63,849 nt of DNA, filler included, from Olpidium bornovanus S191 (GCA_017911155.1; 32 parts of 32 records of this genome joined end to end with filler, not necessarily neighbours in it), one strand, 5' to 3'. Positions 50,601 to 63,849 are shown, counted from the first letter of the whole stretch. Numbers and translations: made by a program. Notes: generated by a model from the letters alone, not told the origin.

Positions 50601-51375
50601 CCCTTGTTTGTTTCAAGAGAAATGTTCGGGAAAAGCTAGTAGAAACTGGAAGGACAATGCCGGTGCGAAGGAAAAACAAAATTAAGAAAGAAAGAAGAAT
50701 AAAAATGTAGTGTAATGGAGTGACCGGGAGCGCAAAAAAGGATTTTTTTTGCTCTTCAACTTTGGTTTGTTGAAAGGGACGTCCCTTTAAAGACGCCGTT
50801 TTTGTCGCCTGGAATGCCCGCCAGAAACGCCTCACTGGATGCCCGTCGTTCACCTGCTTCTTTTGCAGGCGGAAAACAAATAAAAATAAAAGAAATGCCA
50901 GGAAAAGTGTTGGTCGCCTTTTCTTTTTTTTTTTTTTTTGTTCTGGGATGTTTCGGACGGGTTGTAAAGAAAGCGACGGCCGAGAGGATGGGAAGAGGGG
51001 AGGGGGGTGGAAGGATCCTGGCGAGAAAAATTCGACGTGTACGTGACGCGTGCGGCCCAAAAAAAAATCCCACCCTCCCATCCCCTCCCCTCCCCTTCCC
51101 CCCACCTGCCCCATTTGCTACCGTGGCGGATGGGAGGACGGCGAGGCATTTATGAACGAACGCCCCGTTTTGTGTTCTCACGGTCTGTCTCTCTGTTTTC
51201 TCTAACCTTTCTCTCGGTCTCTTTCCCTCTCTCAAAAAAGCGACATTGCAACATTCTACAAGCGTCCGGACCCGGGGGAGGGGGAGGCAGGGAAGGAGGA
51301 GAATCCAATTCGTCGGGTGGGGGCAGGGGGTGGAAGCGGAATGGTTTTCCACACTTTTTTTTTTTTCGAAACCGC

Positions 51376-51410
<35 letters not shown>

Positions 51411-52051
51411 TTGATTCCGGATACAATCTGCAAAAAATCCCAGAGAGCGGAACGGCTGGGACGGGACCACCTGCCCGGCCGAACTTTCGGAGAGACCCTC
51501 CGGTTTTTCTTTGGCTCCCCAGTCTGCAGGGACATCAAGAAAAAAAAAGCTCCCCGGTACCCCTCCCCCGTCCCCCCCGTTCGAACCGGTCGGGTCCGGC
51601 GTTACCTTCTTCCGTAACCACCCCCCCCCCTTCCCCCCCCCTCTTTCGTTTTCTGAACGGGCGGCCGGGCAATACGCGCTAACCGGAAGAAAGCGAAACC
51701 TATAAAGATAAAGCACGCGTCGACGGGAATCCCCCTTCTTCGAGATTTTTTTGAAGAACGCATTCCAATCGCCGCGGAGCGATCCGGTCGAGATCAGCCG
51801 AAGAAAAAACGTGTATTTCGGGGAAATCACGGTTGTTGATCGGGTTTCAGCGAGAAGAGAACACCAAACGAAAGCCGCAAACACATAAAAAAATACAGCC
51901 CGCTTTCCGGTGGGAAAGGCGCGTGGGGGGAAGCCAAAGAAAAATCCCATGNNNNNNNNNNNNNNNNNNNNNNNNNNNNNNNNNNNNNNNNNNNNTTAAT
52001 TAATTAANNNNNNNNNNNNNNNNNNNNNNNNNNNNNNNNNNNNNNNNNNNN

Positions 52052-53055
52052 AAACGCGGACACTCATCTCTCACCCGTCCAGCGGCGTCCCTTGGGAGGT
52101 TGGCTACCGTCGCGTTGTACCTGGCCAACCTTGATATGCCGCAGCACACAAAGAAGGACAAGACGAACATGTCGGCAGGCGAGTGCAGCCCCGTCGCAAA
52201 AGCCAGTACCACGGGCGCTACGCCGAACGATATCTGCGAGAATAGTCACAGTTATAGAGAGCGTCGGTGGATAACAACGCGCAGCAACTCTGACAACGAA
52301 AGGATCCGTCCTCACCAAGTCAGCAAGCGAGTCTAGCTCCTGTCCGAGCAAGCTGCTCTTGTTCCGCCAGCGTGCAATGCGACCGTCCAGCCAGTCCAAG
52401 AACGTCGCTGAATATTCGCCAAAAACCAAGGTTAGGAACAGAAAATTCACGAGCAAACAAAAAAACAAAAAAAAGAAAAACTCCATAGCTAGGACTTGTC
52501 TGTCGAGGAAAGACATACAGATCGCCCACTACAAAAAACGGCGGAACCGGCTCATGCTGGCTCAGCGGCGGGCAAGAAATCGGACCTCACCGGCGGGCAG
52601 GCACAGAATGGCAAACCACAGGTGCCACTCGTCTCGTGTGGACAGGTACTTCATGGTCTCCAGGACGCTCAAGCTTCCGCAAAAGCCGTTTCCCAGTGTA
52701 ACGACTGGGCCATTAAGACGATGTGAACGTCGGACAGGAAGCGATTGAGAACAATGTCTTCGCGGGTTTCCGTAGGCCGCGAGCGGAAAACTGGCGACAA
52801 CCGAATCGAGAACAGACGGCGTGAAGCCGCGCAATCGAAAACGGGACGACGGGCGGGCTGGCAACAACTGACTTTTCCCGCGAACCGGGGATAACCCGAC
52901 GCAGACAAGCACCGGACAGGCGGGGGATCGCTCGGCCCCCCTGAGGGGAGCGAGCGAAAAAACGGGCGTAAAACTCACTCACCGTCTGCAAGGTGCAAGT
53001 TTCGCACGTACGAGAAGTGCTTGCGCGGCGGCCGCTCCGTAACCTTGCCGGTCAT
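52052..53055 (-). CDS. CHO1: CDP-diacylglycerol--serine O-phosphatidyltransferase, 5' part
   Basis: [24 protein letters not shown]|[14 protein letters not shown] / [29 protein letters not shown] (CDP-alcohol motif DGxxARx8GxxLDxxxD) / [21 protein letters not shown]. Confidence 0.93.
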
Positions 53056-53392
53056 GGTTGGCAGAGTTGTGGTTACGTCGCGCGGAAGGGTTGGTTTCTG
53101 TTTCGCCCGGGCTCCCTTGCCGGGGGCGCGCCAGAGAAGCCCGTCCGTCCGCGCGCGTTCGGCTCTGCCGGCCGCGACTCGCGTTTCGCGCTACAAAGCT
53201 CCGGATTTTCTTCCGTCCCCCCCCCCCCCCCCCCCCCCTCCCCCCCACCCCCCCCCCCCCCCCCCCGCCCCGACNNNNNNNNNNNNNNNNNNNNNNNNNN
53301 NNNNNNNNNNNNNNNNNNTTAATTAATTAANNNNNNNNNNNNNNNNNNNNNNNNNNNNNNNNNNNNNNNNNNNNAGGGGGGAAAAACCCCCC

Positions 53393-53399
<7 letters not shown>

Positions 53400-53438
<39 letters not shown>

Positions 53439-54987
53439 CCTTCGCCCTCTCCGCCTGGACGGCACAGCCAAGCAGCGCGAGAAGCGGGGGAGCGGGAGCG
53501 GGGGCCCATCGGGCGTGGAAAACGCGACGGGCCCAGGGTGACGGGAGCGCGAAGCCGGCCGCCATGGCAAGCGCCACCGCCGACGACAGCTACATCAACC
53601 ACGTGTTCAGCGCGCTGGCCGAGATCCTGCGGACACCGTCGCTGAGCGTGCACCACACCGCCGTCATCGCCGCGATCATGCACATATTCAACACCCTCGG
53701 CCTCAAGTGCATGCCGTTTCTCACCGACGTAAATGTGTCGGCCCGGCGGTTTCTTCCTTACGCGGTGGCGGCCGACTGAGCGCGTGGCCAGCTAGCTTAC
53801 TTCCGGTGTTCCAAACCGCCAACCTTCGCCTGCGACTCTCCCGCACCACCCGGCCTCCTCGCGCCGCGTGAACAGATTGTGCCTTCCTTCCTGGACACCA
53901 TCAGAACGTCCCAGGCGCAGGAATACAATGCTCAGCAGCTCGGCACGCTAATCTCAATCGTGAAACAGCACATTCGGAATTTCTTGCCGGGGATTTTTGA
54001 CCTGGTCGGAAAGCTATGGCGGTCGAACGTGGATCTCCACATTACCCTGATAGGGTTGGTAGAAACCATCGCGCTTGCGCTGGAAGCGGACTGTGCGGCG
54101 TACGTCCCACGGATGCTGGGGCTTATGCTGGACGTCCTGCAGACGGACACGACGGAGCGCCGCCTGCCGACGCAGAAGTTCCTGCAGGCCCTGCGCGCCT
54201 TCGGGTCCAACATACAGCAGTACATGTTCCTGGTCGTGCCGGAGTTGACCAAGGTTTTCGAGAACAGGGACCTGCCGATCCACATACGGTCGCTCGCCTT
54301 GCAGACAATGTGCCACCTGTGCAGGGACGTGTACTGCGCCGACCAGGCCTCGCGCATCATCCAGCCTCTCGTCCGCGTGCTCGGCGAGCAGCCGAGACCA
54401 GAGCTCACCGAACCCGCCATGGACACCCTCTGTGCCCTGATTTTTCAAATGCGGGCGAACTACGCCCCTTTTATACTCACGGTTAACAGGGTAAGGCTCC
54501 CGGTAAATTGGGAGAGGTGCGAAGCATCCACAAAAGTATTCGTCCAATTCTAAATTGTTCTTGTGGCCCTCTGCTGACTTCACCTATTGCTTATCCCAGG
54601 TAATCGAAAGAAACAGTCTGCGCCATCAAACGTATAATCTGCTGGTTGGACACTTGTTGAGGGATGAACCGCTACCGCTGGAGCTAAACAAAGAGGGCGA
54701 AGCAAGGTACGCATCTGCCATCATCCAGAAGAAGATTGCGACGTTTGTCGAGATGGACGTCTAACGAGCCTAACGTGACGTCACCGGTACCGCGTCAGTG
54801 CTGCTCAGGGCGCGCAGACGGATTCGAGTTTTGAATCCACCGTCCGAAAATTGCCAGTGAATCAGAAACAGTTGAATGACGCCTGGGAGGCGCGTCAAGG
54901 GTCGACTAAGGAGGATTGGAACGAGTGGTTCCGCAGACTAAGCCTGGAGCTCCTGCAGGAATCACCGTCGCACGCATTGAGAGCATG
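53400..54987 (+). CDS. TOR: TOR kinase, HEAT-repeat region (internal fragment)
   Basis: [36 protein letters not shown] / [18 protein letters not shown] / [24 protein letters not shown] / [45 protein letters not shown]. Confidence 0.95.
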
Positions 54988-57264
54988 NNNNNNNNNNNNN
55001 NNNNNNNNNNNNNNNNNNNNNNNNNNNNNNNTTAATTAATTAANNNNNNNNNNNNNNNNNNNNNNNNNNNNNNNNNNNNNNNNNNNNCATGCCGGACCGC
55101 TCCGACAACGATCAACGTCTCGCTTTAGCTGGGGCTTTGCTTGCGCGGATGAGCGACGCTCCGGTGCTTCGCAACACATATTTGTTCGACCACAGGAGCG
55201 GCGCCGGCTTCATTTCGGTGGGCTCGATGACGTTGCGCTTTCCTTCGCAAAAGGAGAAAGTGACAGGCGCTTATTGCCGGCGACGATCTAGATCCCGCAT
55301 CTTGGGAACCACGCGTGCACGACCGCCCTTGGAATATTTCGCGTTATCGAGAACTGGATCGAAGAGAAACTTTTTGCGTACACGCCGGCTGGTCGAGACT
55401 GCGAGGAGTTTGTTCCCATACTGGAGGAGGACGTCAGAACGAGCGCTTTAGCCGTGGTCCGCAAGCTCGGAGTCGGTGTGTTTCCCTACTGCCTTTCCTG
55501 AGAGGTCGAGACGGTTTTGACTCGAAACGCTAAGTCACCTACACCAACCAAAAAGCGTCCAAAGGTTTTACTGGTCTCAGCAGTGTGGTGGTCCACGTCC
55601 GCAGTGGCCACATATATACCCTCGAGGGAAGCGAAGACCTCGTAGCCGGGGGCGATGCTGAGCACTTCTTTCAGCAGGTGATTACGGAGCGATCGTCGGA
55701 AAGGGAACGTGAACGCCCGCTACCTATCTACATCTGACGAGACCGTTACGGGGGGAACCTCCCTCCGTTGCGGTAACTGGACGACCCAGTTTCCTTTGTT
55801 TGTTGACGTTTCCTTGCAGTTCCGCCGAAGCGCTGAGCTCACCGGTGTTCCTTCTCAGTTTCAACCGTCTGACGCGACCGAAAACTGGCGTTCCGCTGGC
55901 CGGCCGCGCGTGGACGATCCACTGACCAAATTTCCGTCCCATGCTGGTGAATCGATCGGCGAGTCCCACGTGGGGTCTCCTCACTCGACGTTCCTGGTGG
56001 TAAAAATGAGCAGCGACATCAAGCAGCACGAGGTCGACCACACCAAGTCGTCCACCTTAGCATTCATGAGATCCGAGGCACCCGGATTTTTGGAAACGAG
56101 CGCGATCGGTCCCAGAGGGGACGTATCCCCGGCGTCGTCTGCCACAATAGCGCCCTTCGCTCGCGACGAGTGCGCGTGGCCTCGCNNNNNNNNNNNNNNN
56201 NNNNNNNNNNNNNNNNNNNNNNNNNNNNNTTAATTAATTAANNNNNNNNNNNNNNNNNNNNNNNNNNNNNNNNNNNNNNNNNNNNACAATTTCCGCCCCC
56301 CCGTTGTGTTTTCGGCGGGGCCGCGGGGGCCCGGGCACAGAGACCCCCCCTTTTTACCCAAAAAAAAAAGTGCGCAAAAAAAAAAAAAAAAAAAAAAAAA
56401 AAAGAAAGAAAAGACAAACTGCAGCCGGGACGAAAGCTCACCCTACGGCGCGGGAAATCGCGCGGCTCCTCTTCTTGGTCATCGTCTTCGGCGAACTCCA
56501 TGTCAGAAACTTCCTCGCCGTCGTTCTCGCTTGCCGCTCGGACCTGGTCGGTAGCCTGGCACGGCAGCAGCGCGCGGGAAACGAGTCCCGTTAAGGAGAC
56601 GCAAACCTACCCTTCGCCTTTGGGGAGATTCCAAACCCGCAGCAGCCTCGCTCGCCCTTCAGCGTTCAACCCCAGGGGAAAAGTGATCCGGCCGCCGGGA
56701 CACCCACAACAGGCGCGTGCTCGGACAAAGCGTTCCGGTCGGCAGCGGGCCGTTCGTCCTGCCCGCCAGGGGCGGTCTCGGCCTGCGCGGGCGCTCCGTC
56801 CCTCCTCTCCGCCGGGTGCTCATCGCGGTTGTCGAGGTGTCCGTTGGCCAATTGAGCAGGCTCCTCGCCCCCTCGTTCCTGGGTTGGAGGAGAGCTTTGG
56901 TCGTCCGCTTTTGACGTGCAGTCCGGCTTCTTGCAAGCGGCGACCTGTCCAAGACCGCAGGGCGGGACGACGGCCTTGTCCCAAGAAAGACCGCACGGCG
57001 TGTCACATCGCAAAAACTTTTTGGTGCTCCCGACGTGAGGCGGGGCTGCGGCCGCCCTCCACGTTCCCCGGGCAAGCGCTCACCGTCATATCGCGTCCGC
57101 CGCCCTTCTCGACGTTCGTCTCCCCCGCATTCAGCATGGTTCGGCCGTGCCGGCGACGCGTCGCGCCCGGCTCGCGCTTCCCGGGGCCAGGAGAGGCGGC
57201 CGATTCCGGGAGGAAAAGAAGCGCGACAGAAACGCGGGAAATTGCGCACGGAAAGCGGGGAGAC

Positions 57265-57301
<37 letters not shown>

Positions 57302-57551
57302 GGGGGGGGGGGGGGGGGGGAGAGGGGGCGGGGGGGAGGTGCGACGGGGCCGGGAAGGAAGGCGTGGCGCGAGCGGTGAGCGTTCGCCTCCCACCCCCCG
57401 GCCGCTGAGGGGCAACGGTGGAGAACGAGAGGCACCTTTCCCACGCGCTCTNNNNNNNNNNNNNNNNNNNNNNNNNNNNNNNNNNNNNNNNNNNNTTAAT
57501 TAATTAANNNNNNNNNNNNNNNNNNNNNNNNNNNNNNNNNNNNNNNNNNNN

Positions 57552-57980
57552 CATGATCCATTTTCCGAGCGTCCTCTCGACGAATGGGAGATGATCCTTC
57601 AGGGTGACGTACACCTCATCCTTGGATGCGAGGCAGTACGTCCAAGCGTGTCGTGTTGTTCCCTCAACGAAGTTTATCGCGTATCTCTTCCTCTTGGTGT
57701 TGACATACAAACTTCAAATTTTTGGCTTTCTCTATATGCAGTCGTTTGGAGTTGCTGATGTTGCTGAGCTCAAGTATATGAGATGCTTACTTGTACTCGC
57801 TGACGGGATCCTGGCACGACATTTATTTGCAGTTTGGTGCAAAGTCTGGATGATGGTAGATGATATCGACGATCAGGTTCATCTTGCCTGCCGTGCATTA
57901 AATGGTCATGTTGTGCTATTGGAGGTGCTCGACCCAGCCCGCCTGCCTTTTAGACAGGCGGGTCTGGGCCTGGAGTCACT
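57552..57980 (-). mobile_element. Ty1/copia integrase N-terminal core, degenerate
   Basis: KRYAINFVEGTTRHAWTYCLASKDEVYVTLKDHLPFVERTLGKWI (copia RYxxxFVDxxTRxxWxYxLxxKxEV pattern), preceded by stop-riddled sequence. Confidence 0.8.
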
Positions 57981-58216
57981 GGAGCGCGCGATGATCAGTT
58001 TTGGCGTCAACGGGGCGGCCTTCTACGTATGCCAACCGAATCTACGTATGGCGTGTCTTGTGCCTGAGTGGTCTTCCCTCCCGCCGCTTTCGGGACCACG
58101 TGCGCCCACGTGCACCGAGCCGGTTCTGCCTTCGTCCCAAATGCGGCGAGACGAACTGGCCTCCCCCTCCCCACACCCCTCCCAGTGACCGCCCCGGCGG
58201 CGTTCAGAAATCAACC

Positions 58217-58864
58217 ATGGCTTCGAGCCCCTCCGGCATCGTGACGCGGCAGAACGGCGGCCCGGGGGGGACGACGGCGGGCCGCGTCATCCCCCAGAGC
58301 AGGAGGGCCGACGGCACGCTGCGCAGGGAGATCCGCATCAGGGACGGTTACACGCCGCCCGAGGACGTGGAGAAGTACGCCAACGAGAAGGTCGCGGGCC
58401 GCGCCAAACTGGCCCCCGGGGAGGTCATCGGGGCGCCGTCGCATTCGCCGGCGGCGCGGGGGGGAGGAGGCGACCGGGCGCAGCTGACGAAGGCCCAGAA
58501 GAAGAACGAGAGGCGGAAGGCCGCCAAGGCGGCGGCCGCCGTCGCGGCGGCGGACGACGACGACGACGCGGGACGGGCCGACGCTCTGCCGGCGGCGTGG
58601 AGCGGCGAAGGCGAGCGGGACGGCCCCGGGCCCGCGCCCGCCCCCGCCACGGCCGCCCGGAAAGCCGACGCGGGCGGCGGCGAGGAGGACGGTGCCGCGG
58701 CTGCGGCGACTAAAAAGCTGAAAGGGCTCCAGAAGAGGCTGAGGCAGGCCGAGGGGCTCAGGGAGAAGCGGGACGCCGGCGACATCTTGCGCCCGGAGGA
58801 GCTGGAGAAAGTCGACAGAATAGAGCACCTGTTGGAGGAGATAGCGGCGTTGCACGTGCGTTAA
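58217..58864 (+). CDS. PYM1: Partner of Y14 and Mago (PYM/WIBG), intronless, complete
   Basis: RVIPQSRRADGTLRREIRIRDGYTPPEDVEKY (Mago-binding motif) and C-terminal KKLKGLQKRLRQAEGL..LRPEELEKVDR..LLEEI. Confidence 0.92.
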   Translation: MASSPSGIVTRQNGGPGGTTAGRVIPQSRRADGTLRREIRIRDGYTPPEDVEKYANEKVAGRAKLAPGEVIGAPSHSPAARGGGGDRAQLTKAQKKNERRKAAKAAAAVAAADDDDDAGRADALPAAWSGEGERDGPGPAPAPATAARKADAGGGEEDGAAAAATKKLKGLQKRLRQAEGLREKRDAGDILRPEELEKVDRIEHLLEEIAALHVR

Positions 58865-59744
58865 CAGGGCAAAAAAAAAACGCGAACGACGACGGCGACG
58901 CTGCCATGACCGGCGAACGCGGGGTGAAGAGATGGGGGAGATTTGCGAGTTCGTCCTGGCGGCATGGGCAGAGCCCTGCAGGCCATTCTGAGCCCGTTTA
59001 CAGGGACGGCCGATCGCGAAGGACGGCACGTCGGAAGCGCGGCGTGGAACCTACTACCTGGCGGGTTGCGGCCGCGCCGGACCCGGACAACCCGATGCCT
59101 GGCGTGGTCGTGCCGAAAGTTTGAACCGGATGCCTGGAAGATTTATCTAAAAAGCCACGGAGGCCGCAGTCCGCGGTACTCTTGTCCCGTACACACGAAA
59201 GCGCCGGAGTTGTCAAGCAGAAAATGGAAGAAAATGTACCGTCGGACAACCATTTTTAGCGCGTTATGGCGACTTTCTGGTAAACGTGATCGTTTCTAGG
59301 GGTGTTGGGTGAGAAAAAGGAGTGGGGGAGGCTTCTGCAAAGCTTTGTAATGCAGTTTTAGTTGAAAGAAATCGAACGACGCGACAGAACGGCCCAATCA
59401 AAATGCGGCGTTCAGGAAAGCGTTCGGAAAAAAAAAAATCAGAAAGAATTTTACAGAAGGAAAATCGTGACGTACAAAACTCCGGAAGGTGGCGAACAAG
59501 GGCGGGAAGTGACTACTCCGGTGAAGACTACCGGCGGGCCCGTCTTGGGCGAAAGACGGGACCGGCGACGGGACGGCAAAACAAAACCAAAAAAAAAAAC
59601 TGGCGGACAAGAGAACGTGCGGTCCTCAGAAAAGCGGCGGGACGTTAAAGCGGACAACCTTTCAAAATGCCTCTTCGCAAACCCTCAAGGCCGTGGGTTT
59701 TAAGCCTCCTGACTTCACTTGTACGTCCACGCAATGCAATCCTC

Positions 59745-60130
59745 GCACGACGGTCCAAAACGCGCGCGGGCGGGACGGCGTCGTACGCGCTCAGGACCTT
59801 CTCCAGCACGTGCTTCATTCGGTGATTGCGGATGTCCGGCCGCCAGCCCTTGTCGCCCACGGTGTCGTACACGATCGACTGACCGCCCGTACCGGGCCCC
59901 CTCTTACCGTCAACGTCTTCTTTCCCAGGTCCATCCACTCGTCCGAACCAAGCTCAAGGTATGCGTTGAAGCACATCTTCGCCAGGCTGGTGACAGTCTC
60001 GACATCGGAAACGTCCGGCAGGATGACCTCGTCGAGCCACAAGTCTGCGACGTTGGCTTCGGGCGCCGCCGCCGCCGCCGGGCCTGGCGCCCCCGCGCGC
60101 GAAAAAGCGTTTTCTCGACTGACGTTAATC
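59745..60130 (-). CDS. Hypothetical protein, internal exons
   Basis: ANVADLWLDEVILPDVSDVETVTSLAKMCFNAYLELGSDEWMDLGKKTLT|gtaaga...cag|SIVYDTVGDKGWRPDIRNHRMKHVLEKVLSAYDAVPP. Protein-like composition with in-phase splice sites; family not recognised. Confidence 0.55.
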
Positions 60131-62448
60131 ACCCTGACCGGGTGGTACCTCGGCGCCCATCCCGTCCACGACGGGGCTGTGCGCGAACTCCTCGCCGGGG
60201 TGCCCGGCCGCCGGCGGCGCCGAGGCCGAGGCGATCGCGGCGCGGGCGAACAAGGCGTCGTCCAGCTGCTACTGAACGATCCTGCCTCCGAAGCGGGAGG
60301 TCGTCCGGTGGAGCACGTGGTCGAGGCGCAGGGAGCGCTGCGGGCGCTCGCCGCCGCGGGGCGGAGCCCCGGAGGCGGTTTGCTAGGGGAGCGGGGGCGA
60401 GTGCTGCAGCGGAAGCTGGCGGAAGGCCGCCGTACCAACGAGGAGGACGGAGAAGAGGCGCCACCAGGCGGGCGGCCGGTGGCGCCCACCGGTGGCGGCA
60501 CGGGAGGCGGGCCTGGCGCAGGACCACCACGGCGGAGTCGTCGCACGGTCGCGGCAGCCGGAGTGGAGGAAGGGGGCTAAGAGAAGGGCGGGGGAGAACG
60601 AAGCCGTGTTGTGTGGGGAAACGGGAAAAACGGGGCGGCCGGGGGGTTTTCTCGCAGCGGCGGCGCGTGTGGGAGCTGCGCCGGGAAGGGGCAGAAGAGG
60701 AGTTCGAACGTTCTGCCGCCGGTTTCCTGGCTGTATCGCGTCCGATCCTGGGCTTCGAAGCCGATCCATTTGCGCCCGTGCGCGCTTTGCTGGCCCCCTC
60801 GGTTTTGATTTCCACAAGAGTGCGCGGTCACTCCGGTTTCGGCTCCGCGGTCGCCTTCTGTCCGCCCTTCCCTTCTTTCCCGCCCGCACGTCGCTCAGGT
60901 TCGGCCCGGCCGTCCGGTGCGACCTCGATCTGCCGGTGTCGGGCGTTTCCCGCCTTCCGGTTCCGATTCCGTCGGCCTGCTCCACGAGGTTACGTATGAA
61001 CGGTCGCGCCGGCCGAACTTGCTGCGTCTGCCCGGTCGGGCTGCGCACTCGCCGCCGTCGATCCTTCCCCTTCTCTTTTGTCCGTCGTCGCCTCTGCCGC
61101 TTCAGCTTCGAGACATAGCCCCGCTTCGGCGAGCGCAAAACCGGCGAGCGCAAAACCGGCGCGCGCGCTGCGCCCGTCGGCAGCTCCTGTCACAGCGGCG
61201 TGAATTCCCGTACGAGTTTTCCGTAACCCTTGTCCCATGGTCGTCGTCGTTTCCTTCGACTCGGTAGGTTCGCAGTCCGCAGCAAGCACCGGTTGTGGCG
61301 TCGCGATCGACCAGCGAAGCTTTGATACTTGACCGATGTAGGTGCGATCGGTCCGGACGTCACTTTTCACCGACGCCACCCGCGCTCCTTCCTCAGCTGG
61401 AGGCCCCCCGGGCGTCGCACCCGCCGTCCACGTCAGCCGGTCGCGACGCCACAGCCGGCCCTGTCAGCTGGCTCGGCGAGGAGAGCGAATAAAACGGTCC
61501 CGGGCGCGTCCTCCTTTGTGCTGCATTCTCTTTCTTCGTGTTCGAACAAATGCCGTTGGACGTGGTCCCGTCCCGCCCTTTGCTTCCCGTTCTTCCGGTC
61601 AGTGTTTGTCGGCTGCCTACATTTGTTTTCCGAGACTCAAGGGTACGAATTCCTTTTTTCTTGCCCGCTCACACCGTTGCGCTCAAAGCTTGCGCACTCA
61701 CCACGTCATTTCGTCTCCGTCCCCGCGCCGGCGGAATTCCTTGAACCGCTTGCCCGCGACGCAGTCTCGGCAGGGCAGTCTTGTCAAGTTCACGCAGCCG
61801 TTAGGTTCCCGTCTCCGGAAACTTCTCGATCACGAATGGCCCAAAACCGGCATCGCGCAAACTTTCAGGTCAGGCCTCAAAGTTGAGGGGATGGTGCGAC
61901 CCTCAAGGGGCGTTTACGCAAATTACTCCGTGTAAAGTCTACGCGACGCCCGATCGTCTGGACGGGCCCTCATCAAATCAACGACTTTGCTCAGCCGTGG
62001 GGACGTGCACAATTGCGGCACAACTTCACACGTCTACATCCGAACGGTACCTCGTGGTTTTGAGTTTCCGGGCGGCGGAGTCTACATAGAGCATCGTGAA
62101 ACCGTACCGATTCCGTGGGTGATACGTTCTCTCTTTGATCAGCGGACGCGCGCTGTCGGCGCCGGTCGGGCCCCGAAAGGCCCCCAGAAACCGGAAGCAA
62201 ATTCCACACAACAGGCCCCAAGACGTTCGCCGGCCGACCGTGCCAAAGCGGTATTTTAGACCCGGGGAAGCGCGGGCGGAAAGAGGAAGGAAGAAGGGGG
62301 AACGGGTGGGCGGGTTGGCGAGGGACGGGGATGCTTTATTACCGAGGATTACCGGTAATCCACTCTCGCACACACACGCTCCTTTCTGTGCGGATACACC
62401 GTGCGCCAAGCGCCCACGCGGCTGCGGGTCGTCTTTCCCCCGTAACGA

Positions 62449-63849
62449 TCAGCCCAGTACACGGTCTAGGTTGAAGGCGGCCGAAATCAACGCCAGATGC
62501 GTGAACGCCTGCGGAAAATTCCCTGAGCAGGAGTCGAAAGGCCAAAAAAAAAGTGTGTAAAAAAAGAAAACAAAAAAAAATAAATAGGAAAACCGGCAGC
62601 GAAGACCGGCCGGAGATTTGCACATACTGCATAGTGACGTCGCCTCGCGTCTTCGGGAAAATCACTCTGAAGCTCACCCATTTGTTCCCCAGTTTTGGCG
62701 ATCTGTTCCGCGAAGAGACCCAGGTGGTTGCCGTACCCGATCTGCAAAAAAAAACGTCCGGCAGTGGAGTCAACAGTCCGCCGGTTGGGAATGCGCGAAC
62801 GAGCGACAGGAACGGCGTCCCCAAATAGGACATGACGAACACGCCGTCCGGCTGACCGTTTGTTCGAACATCGTTAACGCTTGCTCCAGATGCGGCTTGT
62901 GGTACTTTCCTGACCTCGTCAGCGCCTCTACCAGCCTATTGAATGGCTTCCAGTTATTGAAGTGGAAATGAAATCGCAAACTTCGACGACGAGTGGATAA
63001 GACGGCTCACCAGAAGGAACATATCGAGAACGTGCCCTCCTCCCCAGTCAGGCCGTCGGCTGAAGTCTCAATGTTGTAGCGAAAGCATAGGTTGTTCGCC
63101 ACTAAATCGGTGGACACCGGTCATTTAGTGGTCAAAATCAAAGCCGCCAACTTGGGCTCTCGAAACGAAAGGTCCTCACCAAGCCCTCCTCGATGCGGCG
63201 GTTTGAGAGTCGCCTCAAGCGTCCAAAACAAACGCGGATCAGACGGGCCAATGAAAAAACAGAGTGGCATGATCTGAAGAAGACAGCGGGAAACGGGATC
63301 TCCAATAAAAATGACAAATTTCCCTGATTTGGCTTTTCGGACAACAGCCGAACACTGCGGAGCATTTCGGCGCAGGTCGTACGTTACCAGGTTTGCCGCG
63401 TCCAGCGCTTCGTTTTCGTACGCCTGCTTGAAAGCTCGCAACTTCCGTGACCAACCCTTCTCCATAATTTCTGTATATATCTGCTCGTGAAAACGACGAA
63501 AAAAATAAAACTTTACCGGTCGTTCCATCTCGCCAGTCAGCCTTTTGTCAAATACCACGAACTTACCTTGTCTCTTGCCTTGTACCACTTTTTCCGCGGA
63601 GCTGGAAAGGACCGTTTATCGGCCAACCGCAAGCCTACGCGGTGGAAAACCTGGTAAAGATTCTTCTTTTCTCGTGTGGATTGCTAACAGGCGCACGGCA
63701 ATAACCATACCTCGGTCTATGGCTAGATTTGGAGTACGTTGTTATAAACCAGAACGCCGTGCCCAAAAAAGGAAAAAATAAAAATAAAAATAAAAATCGC
63801 AACGAGGTCGCAGCGAGGTCGAACCTCAACTCACCAACCCAGCACATGA
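62449..63849 (-). CDS. Glycoside hydrolase family 15 (glucoamylase/trehalase-like), 3' part, many short exons
   Basis: MCWV|AIDRG; [22 protein letters not shown]; [25 protein letters not shown]; [24 protein letters not shown]; LVEALTRSG; [20 protein letters not shown]; [23 protein letters not shown]. Confidence 0.92.

Noticed and set aside
55088-57451. Possible genes on these two contigs
   Set aside because: Only short protein-like stretches were found (for example NHLLKEVLSIAPGYEVFASLE and DMEFAEDDDQEEEPRDF). No defensible gene model or product.

Overview
This window is not contiguous DNA. It is 32 short contigs (about 1-6 kb) joined by 31 artificial 100-nt spacers (44 N + TTAATTAATTAA + 44 N), so gene order across spacers means nothing. 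The DNA is eukaryotic, GC-rich and intron-rich, with long homopolymer runs. Gene content points to a fungus (CDP-DAG-type phosphatidylserine synthase CHO1, Pmp3, allantoicase, GH15, Ty1/copia relics). Two cilium-associated genes (EFCAB10-like, TTC16-like) suggest a flagellated, zoosporic lineage such as Olpidium; that assignment is inference. Most recognisable genes are fragments of housekeeping genes: AGC kinase tail, DBP7, BRX1, CSL4, UPF2, RBM5/10-like, ABCB transporter, BLCAP, CUL4, Pol X, TOR, PYM1. At least six Ty1/copia relics are present. No rRNA, tRNA or CRISPR array was found. The best novelty candidate is an unrecognised gene family found on two separate contigs (34270-35108 minus and 40849-41626 plus). 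The copies are 29/51 identical without gaps over a W/P/C-rich core and share a candidate intron position. One copy is intact and sits behind a palindrome cluster and a TATA box; the other is a pseudogene. Other notable signals are CpG-to-CpA changes at conserved RT residues in the retrotransposon relics, and a strong excess of CATG at contig ends, which is probably technical. All product assignments come from motif recall, not database searches.
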